A stretch of 64,000 nt of DNA. Source: Octopus vulgaris. Taxonomy: Eukaryota. Each line of letters starts with the position of its first letter. Positions within the stretch are counted from its first letter, which is position 1. Location of the stretch: the NCBI GenBank assembly GCA_951406725.2, contig OX597822.1, positions 51,026,001 to 51,090,000 of the forward strand, given 5' to 3'. Below, piece by piece: positions 1 through 14,505 of the stretch. The position numbers and the translations under genes are program-made. A model generated the notes under the pieces. The model did not search any database. It was not told where the DNA came from and worked only from the letters and a program-made list of their open reading frames with translations.

Positions 1-563
1 ACTCACTCACTGTGCGCGATTAGACTCGGAAATTTGGTGAGGAATCATTTGACCCAATTTGCTGACTTTTCCGATGGCTCGCCGATGTCGAGGAATGGTT
101 GAATGATCAAATCTAAGCTTCTCTGCTAGTTTCTCAATAGTCACGATGGGATTTTTTTCCACCAGGTTGTGTAGGATTTCCTCGTCGGACTCTACAGATC
201 TTCCAGAACAGGGCTCGTCCTCTAGGCTGTAATTTCCGGCTCGGAATTTCTGAAACCACCGTTGACGCTGGCTTACACTTTCTGTCCGATCACTTTATAC
301 TGCGTTAATGTTCCTCGCCCTTTCCGCTGTTGCCTTTATTGAACTCAAAATATGCCGAACATGCTCCATTGCACTTCCATTATAGCTTCTGAAAAAATAA
401 CTGTTAAAATCGAACTACACTCATCCAAACTTGCATTAAGAATAAAACGATGTAAATATGCTACCCCCTTTTATAGCAAGTTTATGCAGTTAGTTTGTCC
501 CGACCCCTCCGTTTTTTAGTTGGTGCAATTGAAAAAACAGCATTATGTAGGTGTGACCCAATG
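1..563 (-). mobile_element. Mariner (Mos1-like) transposon, 5' end and N-terminal HTH region, decayed; continues beyond window start
   Basis: Minus strand from ATG at 380 gives (frameshifted) QRWFQKFRAGNYSLEDEPCSGRSVESDEEILHNLVEKNPIVTIEKLAEKL..HSTI..GKVSKLGQMIPHQ. Terminus CATTGGGTC next to TA at 564-565. Confidence 0.85.
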
Positions 564-576
564 TATATGTATGTAC

Positions 577-628
577 ATATGCACATACACGTACACACAC
601 ATACACTCACACAACCACACACATACAC

Positions 629-721
<93 letters not shown>
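577..721. repeat. (CA)n/(TA)n compound microsatellite, representative of dozens of such tracts in the window
   Basis: Direct inspection. Explains YIYIYI/THTHTH/CVCVCV ORF artefacts. Confidence 0.98.
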
Positions 722-723
<2 letters not shown>

Positions 724-1095
724 TTTACTACAGCCGTTTCAGCTGCGTTCTTAATGAATAAATAAATTGCAGTTTGAAAAAGAAAAGTCGTTCTTCAAGT
801 GAATAAACGGTTAAATCTAAAATTTACCGTTTAAGACTTGGCTCATAACGACCATATTTTGCCCCATGCATCTCGTGGATGATCAGAGATAGAATGTACA
901 AATTATAGTTAGACCTATTATGAGAGAAAGGGTCATACACTCACCAACAAACTAGGTTATTCAATTCCATTAATCAGAGAGACAGACAGGGAAATACAGT
1001 CACAGAGGTTCGAGTTATATACAAACTTACAAAAATACATAAATATACGCATACATATATGCACAAACACACACACACACGTATATACATACACA

Positions 1096-1134
<39 letters not shown>

Positions 1135-1455
1135 ATATATATATATATGCATGGAAATGCTCATAGATATAAATATACTTACACTTATATGTGCATATAC
1201 ATGCATATCTAAATCTATTTATCTATTAATCAGTCTTTTTTTCTGTTTTCGCTCTCTCTCCATTTTTACCTCTTGACCTTTGCTATCGAAGAGCGTAGTA
1301 TCCAAACGTCAAAGTTTTTTCCATTATTCCAGAGCGTGAAACTAATTACATTCAACTGTCTTTTTTTTTGTTTTCCGTAAATGTGAACTATATATGTGTG
1401 TATGTGTGTGTATGTAAGAGTGTGTGTGTGTGGGGGGGTGTAAATATGTAGGTGT

Positions 1456-1720
1456 GCAGGCGTCGTTCTGTAGTAAGTAATTTACCTCCCAAAGCACATG
1501 GTTTCGGCCTAGTTTTTCTAGTATAGCCTAGGACCAACCGACGACTTGTGAGTGTTATTGCTTGGCGCAAACTGAAACAACGTATCTGTTATATATTTAT
1601 CCTTGAGTATCTTTGTGTCTATTCGTCCCCCACTACTGCTTGACAACCGGAATTGGTTTATTTACGTCCCAGTAACTTAGCGGTTCAGCAACATTTCCCG
1701 TTAGAATTGGTGCCAGGACA
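1456..1720 (+). mobile_element. SINE family A, diverged copy
   Basis: Similar to 59712-60120 (cacatggtt, gcttgacaaccg, tacgtcccagtaacttagcggttc). Confidence 0.7.
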
Positions 1721-2871
1721 AATTGTGAAACCACTTGGATACCAAGTTCGCAGTTGTGCCATTGTGTGCGGGCAAATACACACTTAAACACATGAGTATG
1801 TAACGGCGGTTGACTTGTTTTGCTGTAGTATTACGCAAGAGGAAATGGTGGAGCTATTTACGTTACTCTGCAGTATCCGATATAGAAATTAATTTCAAAC
1901 AAGCACACACATGCACTCATGCAAACACAAACATACACACATTCAAACAAATTATGCACATATATTACTTCCATCACACAATATTCAACATGTAACTGCT
2001 CATGGATGCAGGTGAGGGCAAATTTCTTAGAATACCTAGCTGTCAGCCATGATTACATTCTGTAAATTCTTGCACCTGAGAGTTTTAACAGTTGCGCTGA
2101 TCTACTGTCTTGGAACGATACTTTTCTCCTCTATGAAACGCAAATTTGCACTCGACAGAATTTCAACCTAAGGCGCAGGAATTCTGATCAATGACTGAAG
2201 AAGCATTTCATGACAAAATTTAAGTATTCTGCTAATTTGTCCGATGTAAATACATAAATCAGATATACATGCAAATATAGATGAATTTGAATTTTAAATT
2301 TAATTTTTGCATTCCGCCAAATATTAAGAAAGATCACCTCCCTTAAAATAACTGCGACAATTAGAAGAACGGCAGATGATTGAAAATCTCCAGCTGCGAT
2401 TTTGACTCTGTTCAAGATGTTATGTTTAAGACTAGATGCCACTTCCACAACATAACTACTATGAAACAACAGCTTGAGACTAATTTAATCATCTCAAAGA
2501 ATATAACGGAAAAAAAGGGCTTGTGATGATTTATTTTTGTTTTTGATTTTTTAAATTCAAACCTGAAATTATTTGCCTCCATGAGACAACTTCAGAGTGT
2601 AGAATTCTCAGGAAATAGTTAATATCCTGTATGAACACACTGATAACTATGACTAATTATTTCCATCAGGAATGAAAATTTCACTTCATAATAATGTTCA
2701 GTTAATAGGTTAATAGGATTTCTAAACACAATGAAATATAGCACTACGCTTATTAACCTCTAGGAAGTTTCGAATTGTTTCTAGTCTTCATATGAAGAAA
2801 TGATTACCTCCCTTGTAATAAATGCGACGACTAGAAGAACGATACGTGCATAGATATATAAAAATGCACAC

Positions 2872-2905
<34 letters not shown>

Positions 2906-4129
2906 GGGGGCTGGGTGTGTATAAATATCTAGATATATATACATATATAATTATATATAAATGTCTGTGAGTATATGTAGATATATATGTGTGTGCTTGT
3001 GTGTGTATGTATATATCATAACCGGAAAAGGATTTTTTTTTTATTCATAGAAGTTAACTTTTTTCTAATTCTACAATCGATTAAGATGAGTCTAGAATGA
3101 TATAAATTGCAGGAGATTTAATTCTATAGTATATTCTAATCATATGCATTTCCGCTGATAATTGTATTGCTCCATTGCGTTCAGAACTACATTAATATTT
3201 ACATTTAAAATTATTATAGGCGATCGAGTTTCATATAAAAAATATTTTACGTAACAATAAAAAGATATTTATATTCAATTAAAATTCTGTATTGACCATT
3301 GCAACGAATATACTGTATACGTAAATGTAAATGCACACAGAACGTTATTAAAGTTGATGTGTTTAGCATATCAAGAACAAAACGTTACGAACTGGAGTTT
3401 CTTGTTGTCTTTTTCCTTATATATCGCATAGAAAATGCGTAAGGTATACGATAGAGCGAAAATGAATTATTACTTCTTTTAATTTAATTTTTTGGGGTTA
3501 GAATAATGACGTGCTTTTTTAATTCTTTTAATTTAATTTTTTTTTGTTACAATTATAATGTGCCTCATTATATAGTTGGGTGGGAGCACTTTATCATGTT
3601 TGATGGTAACATTCTTTTTGTCGTCTTTTCTAGTAGGTGTTAACACTTAGTTTTTGGTTCATTGCTATACTGCTTTTTTGTTATTTGTGTTTCATTTTTG
3701 TGCATTGCAATTATTGGTTATTGCATTGCAAGTAGAGAGATGTAATTTGGAAGAGAGAACGGGAGAGAGAGGTAGAAATAGAGAGGGAGAAATAGAATTC
3801 GACAGAGGAGGAAATCATATTTTCTTTCATAATTTGGATGTACTGCGGAAGAAGTAATGTTGGCTGCCAGTGTGTTGTAGCACGTGATATATTGCAACGG
3901 CGCCAAGAGATTCACTACCCTCCTTGACAAAAACAGTTTCGAGTTTTGTCATATTTAACCACAAGATAGATTGATTGAGAAACTTATTTTTAATGTTGAT
4001 TTCGATTTGCCATTCATTTCCCTCCAAAAACCCTAAATCAAGTTTCTCGACGATTTTACAGCAAACATTGTCTCATCGTGAATGTTTTGATGTTCATTCA
4101 AACCAGTAAATTCACTTAATACCAAAGTG

Positions 4130-4290
4130 TTTGGTGGCAATATTAGTGGCAGATTTTGGCACATATCCAGCAATTTCGCGGAGGAATAAGTCGATAAAAT
4201 ATGTTGTAGTTGAGCACTGGGTTCGACCTAATCGACTTAGATACTCCCTTGAAATTGCTAGTCTTGTGCCAACATTTGAAAACATTTCAT
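4130..4290 (+). mobile_element. SINE family B fragment, diverged
   Basis: gtcgataaaat..agttgagcactggg..taatcgactt matches the copies at 50291-51310. Confidence 0.55.
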
Positions 4291-4734
4291 ATAAAGGAGA
4301 CGATCACATAGGAAGTTTGTAATTGGTACGTCGGATAATTAGTATTTTCTCTATATTTTTGAGCACGAGTTGAGCATCGAGACGATGTAATCAACTATCC
4401 CTACATGCAAAGCAGTGTACATTTGCCAATGCTAGAATGAAATATGTTTTTCATTGCAGAGACACCGGTTTTTTGGATATATTGATTATAATCAATAGTT
4501 CACCACGTACACAAATCTCGCACAGTCAGAAAGGATTTGAACAATTTTTATTTTATACACGCACACACACATACAGTCATGTAGGTGTAAGGTATACAAA
4601 TGCATATAAGTTACGTTATGATCTCACAAATACTCAAACACATGGATATTTTTCTTTTTCCCAGAATTGAATGTCAAAATATAGTTCGAAGCGACCTCCA
4701 TTTACCATCATTATCGCGTATCAAATTTGGGTAG

Positions 4735-4945
4735 GGAGCAGGCAAAATCGTTAGCAGGCCGAGTGTAATGCTTAGCGGCATTTTGTCTATCTTTACTTTC
4801 TAAGTCTAAATTCCACCTAGATTTGCTTTGCCTTTGAAATCTTTGGGGTCGATAAAATAATTACCAGTTGAGCGCTGGTGTCCATTTAATCGACCTACTC
4901 CATCCCACAAAATTGCTGGTCTTGTATTAAAATTTGAAATTACTA
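4735..4945 (+). mobile_element. SINE family B (tRNA-like head plus Deu/Nin-like core)
   Basis: aatcgttagca..atgcttagcgg..tttgccttt..ggggtcgataaaataattaccagttgagcgctgg matches the 50291 copies. Confidence 0.75.
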
Positions 4946-5824
4946 TTACGTACGAATATTTCATTGTCTCAATATATATAGACAGATGTGTATATTTTTG
5001 TAAATATGTGCGCAGTTATATATTGGACGGAGAACAGAAATAGATTAAGGTGAGATGAAATAAGTTCTTTGTTTACGTACAGCTTCATTAAAACGCCGAC
5101 TTCAGGGAATAATTGTGAAAAGATAGTTGTGAGTTATTATATATAATCCCCATTGTTTTCGATATTTTATTATGGATTTTGAGTTTTCCGAGACAAGTCC
5201 GTGGAGCAAGGTTAATATAGTAGTCATAATTATATTGTACACATTCAACACGTGTGTGCATGTTTTACTCTGTTTGTGTATGTTTGTGTGCGTGCGCGTG
5301 CGCAAGTTTGTGTGTGCATGTGTGCATGTGTGTATGTGTGTGTGTGAATACGTATATGATTTCTGACGACAGTAGGCAATCATAAAACTGAATATATCAC
5401 AAAAGGCATATGAATATTAAGTTAAAAATAGAATTCTACAAAAATGTATTTTGTATTGATTAAAATGTTTGTTTCAAACTTTAGAATTTTTCATTAGATT
5501 ACAAAGCACGTTCAGAGCTAAAGAATCGCATTTTGTTTTGAATTATCATAGCAGTTTCGAACTAGTAAACCACCATTCTTTACCAACAGGCATTAGTTTT
5601 TAGACTTAAATTAAATATTTTGTCTACACCACACATACTCCTGATAATCATGTTGAGACAAGTCACTTCATCGATTGTAAGTCCGAATATTTGGCACCCA
5701 CAGCTCTTACACACGTGTCCCTCCTTAAAACCCAGCCCCCTTTTTTCTTCCAGATTATTTCCTCTTTTATTTTCTCGCTTATCTAATTCTAAATATTCAT
5801 GTATTTATCTTCTTATCTAAGATG

Positions 5825-6180
5825 TATAAGTGATGTATTCCAGAGGTTTTGAGTCATTTCATTGCAGACGCAGTTATCATGTCCTAGATTATTTTAATTT
5901 TAGTACATCTAAGAAGTTAACCAGTTTATTTGTTGCACAAGATTGGAGGAGATGGCTGTAAGAGAACTTGGAATACATCCTTCTAAACGCTGATTATCAC
6001 AGCTGACTAATACAGAATACAGTCGGGATGTGAAGACATTGCGGAAGATCGCTATGCAATACAATTTTGTGTTGAACTGGACAAAAACTCTATAGAAATA
6101 TGAGCAATGCCCCAGACTTCCAAGCCTAAATTGTATGAGACGAGCATCTTTTCTTCTGTGACACCAGAGGTCAGGTAAAT
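5825..6180 (+). mobile_element. Mariner-like transposon 5' fragment (HTH region)
   Basis: EDRYAIQFCVELDKNSIE..MRRAS..HQR (frameshifted) resembles the mariner N-terminal EQRYAIKFC..GK.ATE..F.WHKRF motif. Confidence 0.65.
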
Positions 6181-6289
6181 TAAATCCACTTGGAAACACA
6201 TGAAGATCCCCATTTTCGACAGGGAGGCCATTATCTACATGCACTGAGTTCTCTCTGGCCAGACAGGCAGCAGATAATTGTTGTGATAA

Positions 6290-6533
<244 letters not shown>

Positions 6534-7338
6534 CGAAACAGAACTCTGCGTGTGCGTATATTCGCTTTTCAGGCGGAAACGGCTGCATGAATTAGTTGTT
6601 TACTTGGGATGCACGAATAACTTGACCTCGGGTACATAACAGATCCTTCGGATTACTCTCTTTTTTTTTTTATCAAAAATAAATAGTATTGCTTTATATA
6701 TATATGATTCACATTTTTAAAAGGTTTCTCAATGTCAACTTCCTGTGTTGACAGTGCAACGGCAAAATTTTCTGTTTTCATTTACGAAATCTCTAACTTT
6801 CTGTTTTAATGTTTTAATTCGCTACTTGCAAACAATTAAGATGAATTACTGAAAGATATATTTACTAAGTTCTCAAATTTAAATATTCGGTACAATATTG
6901 ATTTTAACGAATTTTTATTCATACGATTTTCTCAATCCATATTTATTTTATTCATTGTTTGCCCACATCTTTCTCTTTCTTTCTTTCTCTCTCTCTTTCT
7001 CTCTCATATACTGTCTCTCTAATATAAACATACACACTCTTTGTTTGATTTGGTTATTACACAAATATCACATTAGAATTTTGCAATTCAGCATGAGGGG
7101 CGTCCCAAAAAAAGGGACATTTTTTCGCTTCCACCGGCACACTTAACTAATTTCCGTAAATGGATTTTTCTATTGACATTTTGCGCGGCGTGTTCAGATC
7201 TATGTCAGTGAAACACCCACACGAGTGTTTCTGTATGTACGTTTGTATACATTTATGTATATATGTATGTGTGTGTTAAAAAGAGAGAGACAGAAAATGC
7301 GTGGGTGAAGAGGTGTGTTGTCAAGTATACATAAATAC

Positions 7339-7369
<31 letters not shown>

Positions 7370-7679
7370 CATACATTTTTATATATATATTTGCATGTTT
7401 ATATGAGAGAGACACAGAAAAGAGAGACTGATGTCTAAGTGGCACTCTTTGTCACACATTCACTCACGTACAAACACACATAAATATACAAAAAAGATGT
7501 ATGCTTATTTATTTATGTATGTATGTATACATGACAAAACACCTCTTCACCCGCTCTCTCTCTCTCTCTCGCGCGCGCGCTCTTTCTCTCAAACACACAT
7601 GTGCATTTCAGGAGATGATTGATACTGTATGTATGTGTGTGTGTGTATGAGCGTTCCGAAATCGCCATTTATTTCAATC

Positions 7680-9787
7680 ACTCTTGTGAAGATATCCACG
7701 TATCTCATCTTTTTTTAATACCCATTTTTATTTTTAAATCTGTTTCTGAGAACAATGCAGCAACGAGGCTTTTTGACGCATCTTAATTTTTTCCATTTAT
7801 GATGAACACCCACCCATTATTCATCTGAGTGTCTATCTTGAGAATGGCCACACGTTTATCGTTACAAAGAAACAGCTTTGCAACAAGCACTTTCTCCAAC
7901 AGAATCTACCCTTACTACTTTTTTTTAAAGCTGTGGCAAGTAGGTAAAAATGCATGAAAACTCCTTTATCCACAATTAGCCATGTATTACATCTCGAAAA
8001 ACAGTAAATAGCGCAAGAGAAAATGTGGGTCTGTCGCTCTTGCAAGAGTTTACAGTATCCACCCAAGCCCCGCAGAATACTTCTACTTACGGCTTCTTTT
8101 GCATGAATCACGTGGTCCGAAATCATTCCAAGTTTCGGGGAGGGTAAGTTGTCGTGTGTGTGAAACTTATAGGGAAGCATGAAATCAACAAGATTTTTTT
8201 AGAAAATGATGACCATTGGGACTTTGCATTGACAGAGTCATTAATATGAGATGCTCAAAGGAAACTCCGAAACGTTTTTTGAATTATACTGAACATGTGT
8301 CAGCTTAGTAGTCCCCTACAGCATTGGAGGAAACAGCGTCAGATCAGTCCACCACGCAAACCCAGATATCAATCTTGAGTTCTCTGAAACAATTCTTAAT
8401 TGATTGAAATTGGGAATCAAGTTTTGTCCATCGGAGGCAAACATTAACAAGTGTCTGGCTCTGGGTTGCCAAAAGCAAACTGTACGGTTAGTGATTTAAC
8501 GTCAAGAGACATAGCAAGAGCGATAAATTATGCCACCATACTCCCGGGATGACGAGCAGCTCATTCTGCTTTTAAATTACCGCTAAACCTGGTCACAAAT
8601 GATAGTTCAGTATGTAACATAAGCAAAGGTTCAGCAGAAGTGTTGCGCCAATACCACTTGATCATTTGGGATGAATGGTCCATGTCACATAGACGTGCAA
8701 TGGAAGATCTTGATAAGATCTTACAGAACATAAGAGGCAACAATAAATCTATGGGATGAGTTACATTAGTTTTATCAGGAGATTTCAGACAGATATTACC
8801 AGTCATTTCGTGACGAACAAGATCTTAAATAAAAGCATACCTATGGAATAAAGTACATAAATTCTCCTCCAATACCGATGTGTGAGCTTTATTACATGAG
8901 ACTAATGTGCAGAACAATTTTTCAACATGGCTCACCAATTTCGGAAATGGGAAAGTAGCATTTTATGGGAATGAGGATATTTTGCTATCACGGGGAATTC
9001 CCCAGCTGAATTGAAAGATGGGTATTTCTAGACTTGACAAATAATTATATATTTCTTTACTACCCACAAGGGGCTAAACACAGAGGGGGCAAACAAGGAC
9101 AGACAAACAGATTAAATCGACGCCAGTGCGTAACTAGTACTTAATTTATCGACCCCGAAAGGATGAAAGGCAAAGTCGACCTCGACAAATAATTATAATT
9201 GACATGAATGTTTGTGTGAAAGGACAATTCTTGCGCGAAAAAAAAATGATTAGCAAAGATTAACCATGAATTAATGAATAAGATTCCAACAAGCTATTTA
9301 ATTTATCCTCAGTCGCGAGCACCTGTATATCAGAGCGATAGCTAGAGTTCGCTAACGCTAAGAATATACTGTAAACCAAATGACCATTGGTCACCGATTT
9401 GCACCGAGCAAAATAGGGAATGGTATACAAGTACTTGCAGAACATTGTTATAAGATGAATATCGTAGTTATTTTCAAAGTGGAATTATTAAAAGTAAACA
9501 GACATATCACGATATATAGAAATGAATAAATCTAAATGAAGGACCCCCAATAAGGTTTCACTGTAGCTTTATTTTCCGTGTGTTGGAAGTATCTTCTGAT
9601 GCCTGATATAGATAGAGAAAATTTGTAAAGAAAATAAGTGGAAAAAGATTGGTAGAGGTACATGTAGAGATGCACATTCATGACAGCGACAATGAGGGTA
9701 TCATTAAATAGATATATGTATGTATATATATTGAAAAAAAAAAATTGGCTACACATCACGCAATGAAGTGAGCGGATTCATCAATAG
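7680..9787 (+). mobile_element. Helitron (Rep linker plus Pif1-family helicase), decayed with internal deletions
   Basis: HPPIIHLSVYLENG (~7810), EYFYLRLLLHESRGPKSF (~8080), AHSAFKLPLN..LIIWDEWSMSHRRAMEDLDKILQNIRGNNKSMG*VTLVLSGDFRQILPVI (8560-8810), ERTILA (~9220), HLYIRAIARVR (~9330). Possible decayed 3' hairpin at ~9757-9787. Confidence 0.9.
9050..9183 (-). mobile_element. 5'-truncated SINE family B inserted in the Helitron, with 14-bp TSD
   Basis: Flanked by GACAAATAATTATA at 9036-9049 and 9184-9197. Reverse complement of the 50531-50700 unit. Confidence 0.92.
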
Positions 9788-10242
9788 TATGTATGTATGT
9801 ATGTGAGTGCACAAATGAATATAAGTATTTAATAGTGTATACACACACGCACATAAAATTTATAATCTATATATATATATAAAAGAGAGTTTGTATTTGT
9901 GTGTGTGCGCATACTCCTTATGCATTCGAAAACTCTAGTTGCCGATTTTGACGTATGGTGTATCAAAAGATTCAGTAATCTTAGGCCTGCGAAATAAACT
10001 TTATTTTCATTTGCATATTTTCTACGTTGATCAACAATTAGCTTTAGTTATTGGAAGGACACTGCTCTACAACGAGCAGATTTCATTAAATATTGATAAT
10101 AGTTTCATACCTTCAAATTGAAACAAAATTACAAAGTATTGCGTTACGAGAGTGACGATGTGTTAATAATGAAAGTAACATTTGTCGGAATTAGTCACAT
10201 TTGTATTATAATATAGAAAGCTACTTATCAACTATTTATATA

Positions 10243-10512
10243 CATTGGGTCGTCACATAACGTATACGGTTTTTTTCAATTGCATGAACTAAAATTCGGA
10301 GGGGGACAGTAAAAACTACCTGCATCAACTTGCAATATAAGCAGGTAGTAATTTTACCTTGTTCTTATTCTTTGTGAAAGATTTGATGTGTGCAGTTGAA
10401 TTTTAACAGTGACAAAGGAAGTGACAAAGGAGCATATTCGGCATATTCTCCTTTATGAGTTGAATACCGGCAACAACGCAACGGAAGTGCAATGGATATT
10501 AATGCAGTATAT
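10243..10512 (+). mobile_element. Mariner 5' end, same family as 1-563, truncated
   Basis: TA|CATTGGGTC..ttttttcaattgca..aactaaaa..cggagggg matches the reverse complement of 500-563. Encodes EVTKEHIRHILLYE.NTGNNATE. Confidence 0.85.
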
Positions 10513-10514
10513 AT

Positions 10515-12200
10515 TATTTTGGCCGGGACTTATTGTAATACAAGATTGATGTATACATTTTCATAAATGAAAGCGACTTCTTTGGGCATGTATTCTAGGT
10601 TATTAGACAAAGAGTATTGCTCAAGGGGCTGCTTTCTAAGTCTTAGGATGTTGTCAGCCTCGTGTATGCAAAGTTGGCCAAGGGTTGCACTCCGACACTT
10701 GGTGTTAAAAAAGATGTTGCTGAAGGGATATGATGCAACATTCAAAGGCATTTTCGATCAATGTTAAGCCTCTGCTCGTTTTAGGTAGTGGCCGCCTACT
10801 TCATTGTTTGTGTGGACATTATATGTACTTGTTAGTATTTTGGGGCTTTCGCAACAATGGCTCGGCTCATCTTATCAACCAGCCCAAATTTTGGTAAGAG
10901 TACTGGCACTGCAAGCACAGTGTGGTCCACTGTTTATTGAATGCAGAGAGTTCTGAGGTCCAATTCTTTTTTATTCAGTTGTAATATTCTTTAGTGACAC
11001 ATGTTTTGTTACAGGTGCCATTGTAAGATATATTTCTATCCACCCCTAGATACCTGCAACATCCCTCGTCAGATATAGGGGAAACAGTAAGATCATTCAT
11101 GGAGATGTTATTAGTCTGGGTTATAGTTTTCTCCCTTTTCAGAGTCATATGACAACATTTATCCTGACCAAACTCCAACCCTTCATCCTTTGAGAATGCT
11201 GTAATTAGGTCAACGATTTTTTCATTTCATGCATAGTCTTTGCATAAAATATTAGGTCATCCACAAAGAAACAGTGTGTAATTCTTATATATCTGTTTCC
11301 TTGTAGACCAGTGAGATATCCTTCAAACTTCCTTAACACTAATGACCAGGGGTTTACAGAATATATAAGCAAAATCTCAGAGAAAATGTGTACTTGGAAT
11401 ATGCCTTTGCGATACTGTATTCTATCGGTGATAATACCTTCACTTTTTGTGTTCAATTTGAAGATGGTGGCCTATGATGAAGTCAGATCAGCTATGGCTT
11501 TCACTATTCTCACTGGAACTTAAGCAAGTTGAAGAGCTTCTAGCATCAGTGAGTGGGGATCAGAGTCAATGCTTTATTTATTTTTTTATTTTTTATTTTT
11601 GTAGTCTAGCCACATTAAAACTAGATTCCTCCTGTGTTCTCGTACCACTGACATCACAGTTTTGTTGATTAGCAATTTCAACGCGCATTCGTAGTCTCCA
11701 TTTTTCCCAGCCGCTTCTTCTGAGAGTGATACTGTTATTGGTTTTTCTCAATGGTCCTGGAGGGGGAGGTTTAAATATGCTATACATATATATCTTCTAC
11801 ATCAATATCTGGCATGCAATCGGCCGGTAGTGTTTTGGCATGTGGTTGGTTCTTCATTTGGGGCAATTTTGTCTCTGCCAGAGCTAATCAGTCTGATATG
11901 ATACTTTTCTCAATGAGACCTTGCTATTACAGATTGATAAGATATGGTCGGTAGAATGTTAGCTTCTTGTAGGAATATCAATCAGTCAAGTCTCTTCCAG
12001 GTGCTTTTCCACCCTGGAGTTTCTGGATCACAAATGCATCAATGCTTATGATTTGTATGTGACCCAGGTGGAATAACAATTTTGGATTGGTTGAATTCCT
12101 TCTCTTCACTTCACATTACCCTCCAGACGAGTTAAAGTCTTCTCGTGAATGAGCTTCCGTGATGTTCACTGCTCCTCCTCTCATTTCTCTGCATACTGCT
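10515..12200 (-). mobile_element. Non-LTR retrotransposon RT fragment, R4/Dong-like, decayed
   Basis: RKGIFQ..ITHCFFVDDLIFYAK (11205-11456), EFGQDKC..CRYLGVD (10975-11178), NTVLAVPVL, NYRPIACQ-like motif near 11820. These motifs are typical of R4-clade RT. Confidence 0.8.
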
Positions 12201-12439
12201 GCCTGGTTGCGGTTATTTTTTTGTTTACTGTTCTTCTCTCAGTTATTCTATTCTAATGTCAGAGTTTTTCACTGAGGCATTTAGCTTCTCTATGTATGTA
12301 TGTAAGTAAGTATGTATGTATACATGTATGTATGTGTATGTACGCATCTCTATACATGTATGTACACATGTATGTGTGCGTACATGTATGAACGCATGTA
12401 AGTACGCATGTATGTATGTATAAAGGTGAGGGTAATTAT

Positions 12440-13359
12440 ATTCATATTAGTGTGATAGCATCTCTTAGTGACTGGTTATGCGGACCGTCGCCCCATCTTG
12501 CTGAAAACACATATGTTGAATTAGCATACGTTTTCGTCGCAATTCAGGAACAGAGTTGTTTATCATATCGATGTAACGCTTGGAGTTCACAGTAAGAGCA
12601 GTTCCATTATTATCTTAAAAAAAGGAAGGTCCAACAACAGCAACATTTTCAACACTTCGGTTGTCTTTCGTGAAGTTTTCTTGGATTTTGAAGAACTTAA
12701 TAACGACAGTTCTGTTAATTGACCATGCCATTGAGACGAAAATGAGCTTCCTTATTCATTAACAAAATGATCTTGTCATTTGCCTAAAAATTTGCTTCCA
12801 ACTAACTTTCGAAGTTAAGCCGATGTGCATAGTCCCATGGTTTGAACTGTTGCCCAATGACCAATTCGCACAGGTGGAAACGCAGGTCTTCAAGAAAATA
12901 CGCCTTACCTATCGATTGCCGATGACAAGTTCAGTGGGTTTCTTCAACACAGCGCAAGTTGGACTCCGTATCAAAGCTTGTCTGACGCATTCCACATTTT
13001 CTGGGGTCCGTACCGCGTGTGGCACCCCCCCCCCCACTTGTCCCATATTCATTAGTGTATCTCATGTACCAAGTGCACTTACCCAACGTAAGATTGTGAT
13101 ACGGGTGGGAACAGCCTGATTTCAGTGAAAGTTGAATGGCGCCGAAACTCACACTGCTCTGACAGACTCATTATTCTTCACGCAACTGTCGTAAGCAAAC
13201 ACGCGATGCTCTTTCATCCACAGCCCCATGATTACACATGAAAAGAAAACAAAATGCTAAGACACCACGGTCAGAATTTTACCTGTCGAATATATGTCCC
13301 TCCCACCGGAGCTGAGTAACAGCCCTTTCAGAAACGTCCGATATCTCTGCCCCACCCTG
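12440..13359 (-). mobile_element. Tc1/mariner-superfamily transposon, 5' portion, decayed
   Basis: TA|CAGGGTGG terminus. VRTPENV..VRQALIRSP, VVGPSFF..TVNSKRYIDMI..FQQDGAT motifs on the minus strand. Confidence 0.85.
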
Positions 13360-14339
13360 TATAGAAGTCAATTAGTAAGTGAAATGTGTAAAGGAAGTTG
13401 AATTTCTAATGGTATTTTGTATCACTTCACAAAAAGCTATGACAAGGCTTAGTATGAGTCTGTTAAAATTTAATTAAAGTAAATTTGCGGTTAGTTGACT
13501 AAGCTAACTAATGGGAACTTTTATCTACGTTATTTCTAATTAAACCTCCTTATTTGGAAACTGTTTAAATACATTTCTAAATGATTAAAGAGCAAATAGG
13601 TAGATTGGGATCAAGAGAGAGTAATATCGAGCGAAATGGCTGCCAATGTATAGCGGTAGATATAAGGCACTCATGATATGCATCTCTGTACTCAGCTTTC
13701 TGATCCAAAATTAAGCTGTAGCCGACATTGGTTTTCTTCATCCGCATGTTTATAATCAAATCACTGATGTTTCTTAGAAATCTGCAGTGTATTTTCAGTT
13801 TTTGTTACTTACAACGGCAAAATAGCATTTCAAATTTACCGTCCGTGTATGGAATCGAGCGTTGTTTTTAAACTACATCGGAAGTGGACTAGTTTAGAGC
13901 GTAGTGAGGGGAATCTTTAGCGCATTTGAACGACAGTATTGGTTTGTCGCAGTTCTAGAAACATAATTATAATATTTAAAAGAAAGGAAAATAATTTAAT
14001 CCTGCCTTGACAAAAAGACGAATATATTTTGTGAGAGTGAACAATTGATTATTTGAATCAAGTACTTAAATAGTATATTATATTAGCTACTTCGTAAGAA
14101 AGACAATCAATTCTTAATTTGCTGCGCACTGAACTCTGTAGGATACAGGCCAGGGACATATACTGCAAACATTTTTGCCGTAAATTCTAATGATCTGCTA
14201 AGGAACCACATTATAATTAGATGTTAAAACACACCCAAACGATTTCGAATTAGCTTATCACCTAAAAAGCAATACAGTAACAAATGTAGCACTATCTTTC
14301 AGCAAAAATACTTCTTAATACCTTTAATATCCTATCCAA

Positions 14340-14505
14340 CAATGGTAGCGATTACGCCGGGCAAAATGCTTAGCAGTCTTACGTCTGTCTTTACATTCTG
14401 AGTTCAAATTCTGCCACATCGACTTTGCTTTTCATCCTCTCAATGTAATCGAATTATCCCTCTCCTGAAATTACTGGCCTTGTTACAAAATTTGATAACC
14501 AATAT
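14340..14505 (+). mobile_element. SINE family B, diverged with deletion
   Basis: cgccgggcaaaatgcttagc..ttctgagttcaaatt..gactttgcttttcatcc. Confidence 0.75.

Noticed and set aside
495-765. ORFs rich in YI/TH/CV dipeptides, here and throughout
   Set aside because: Translations of (TA)n/(CA)n microsatellites.
1276-1315. Hammerhead-like cgaagagcgtag..caaacgtcaaag
   Set aside because: Both core boxes are non-canonical; too decayed to support.
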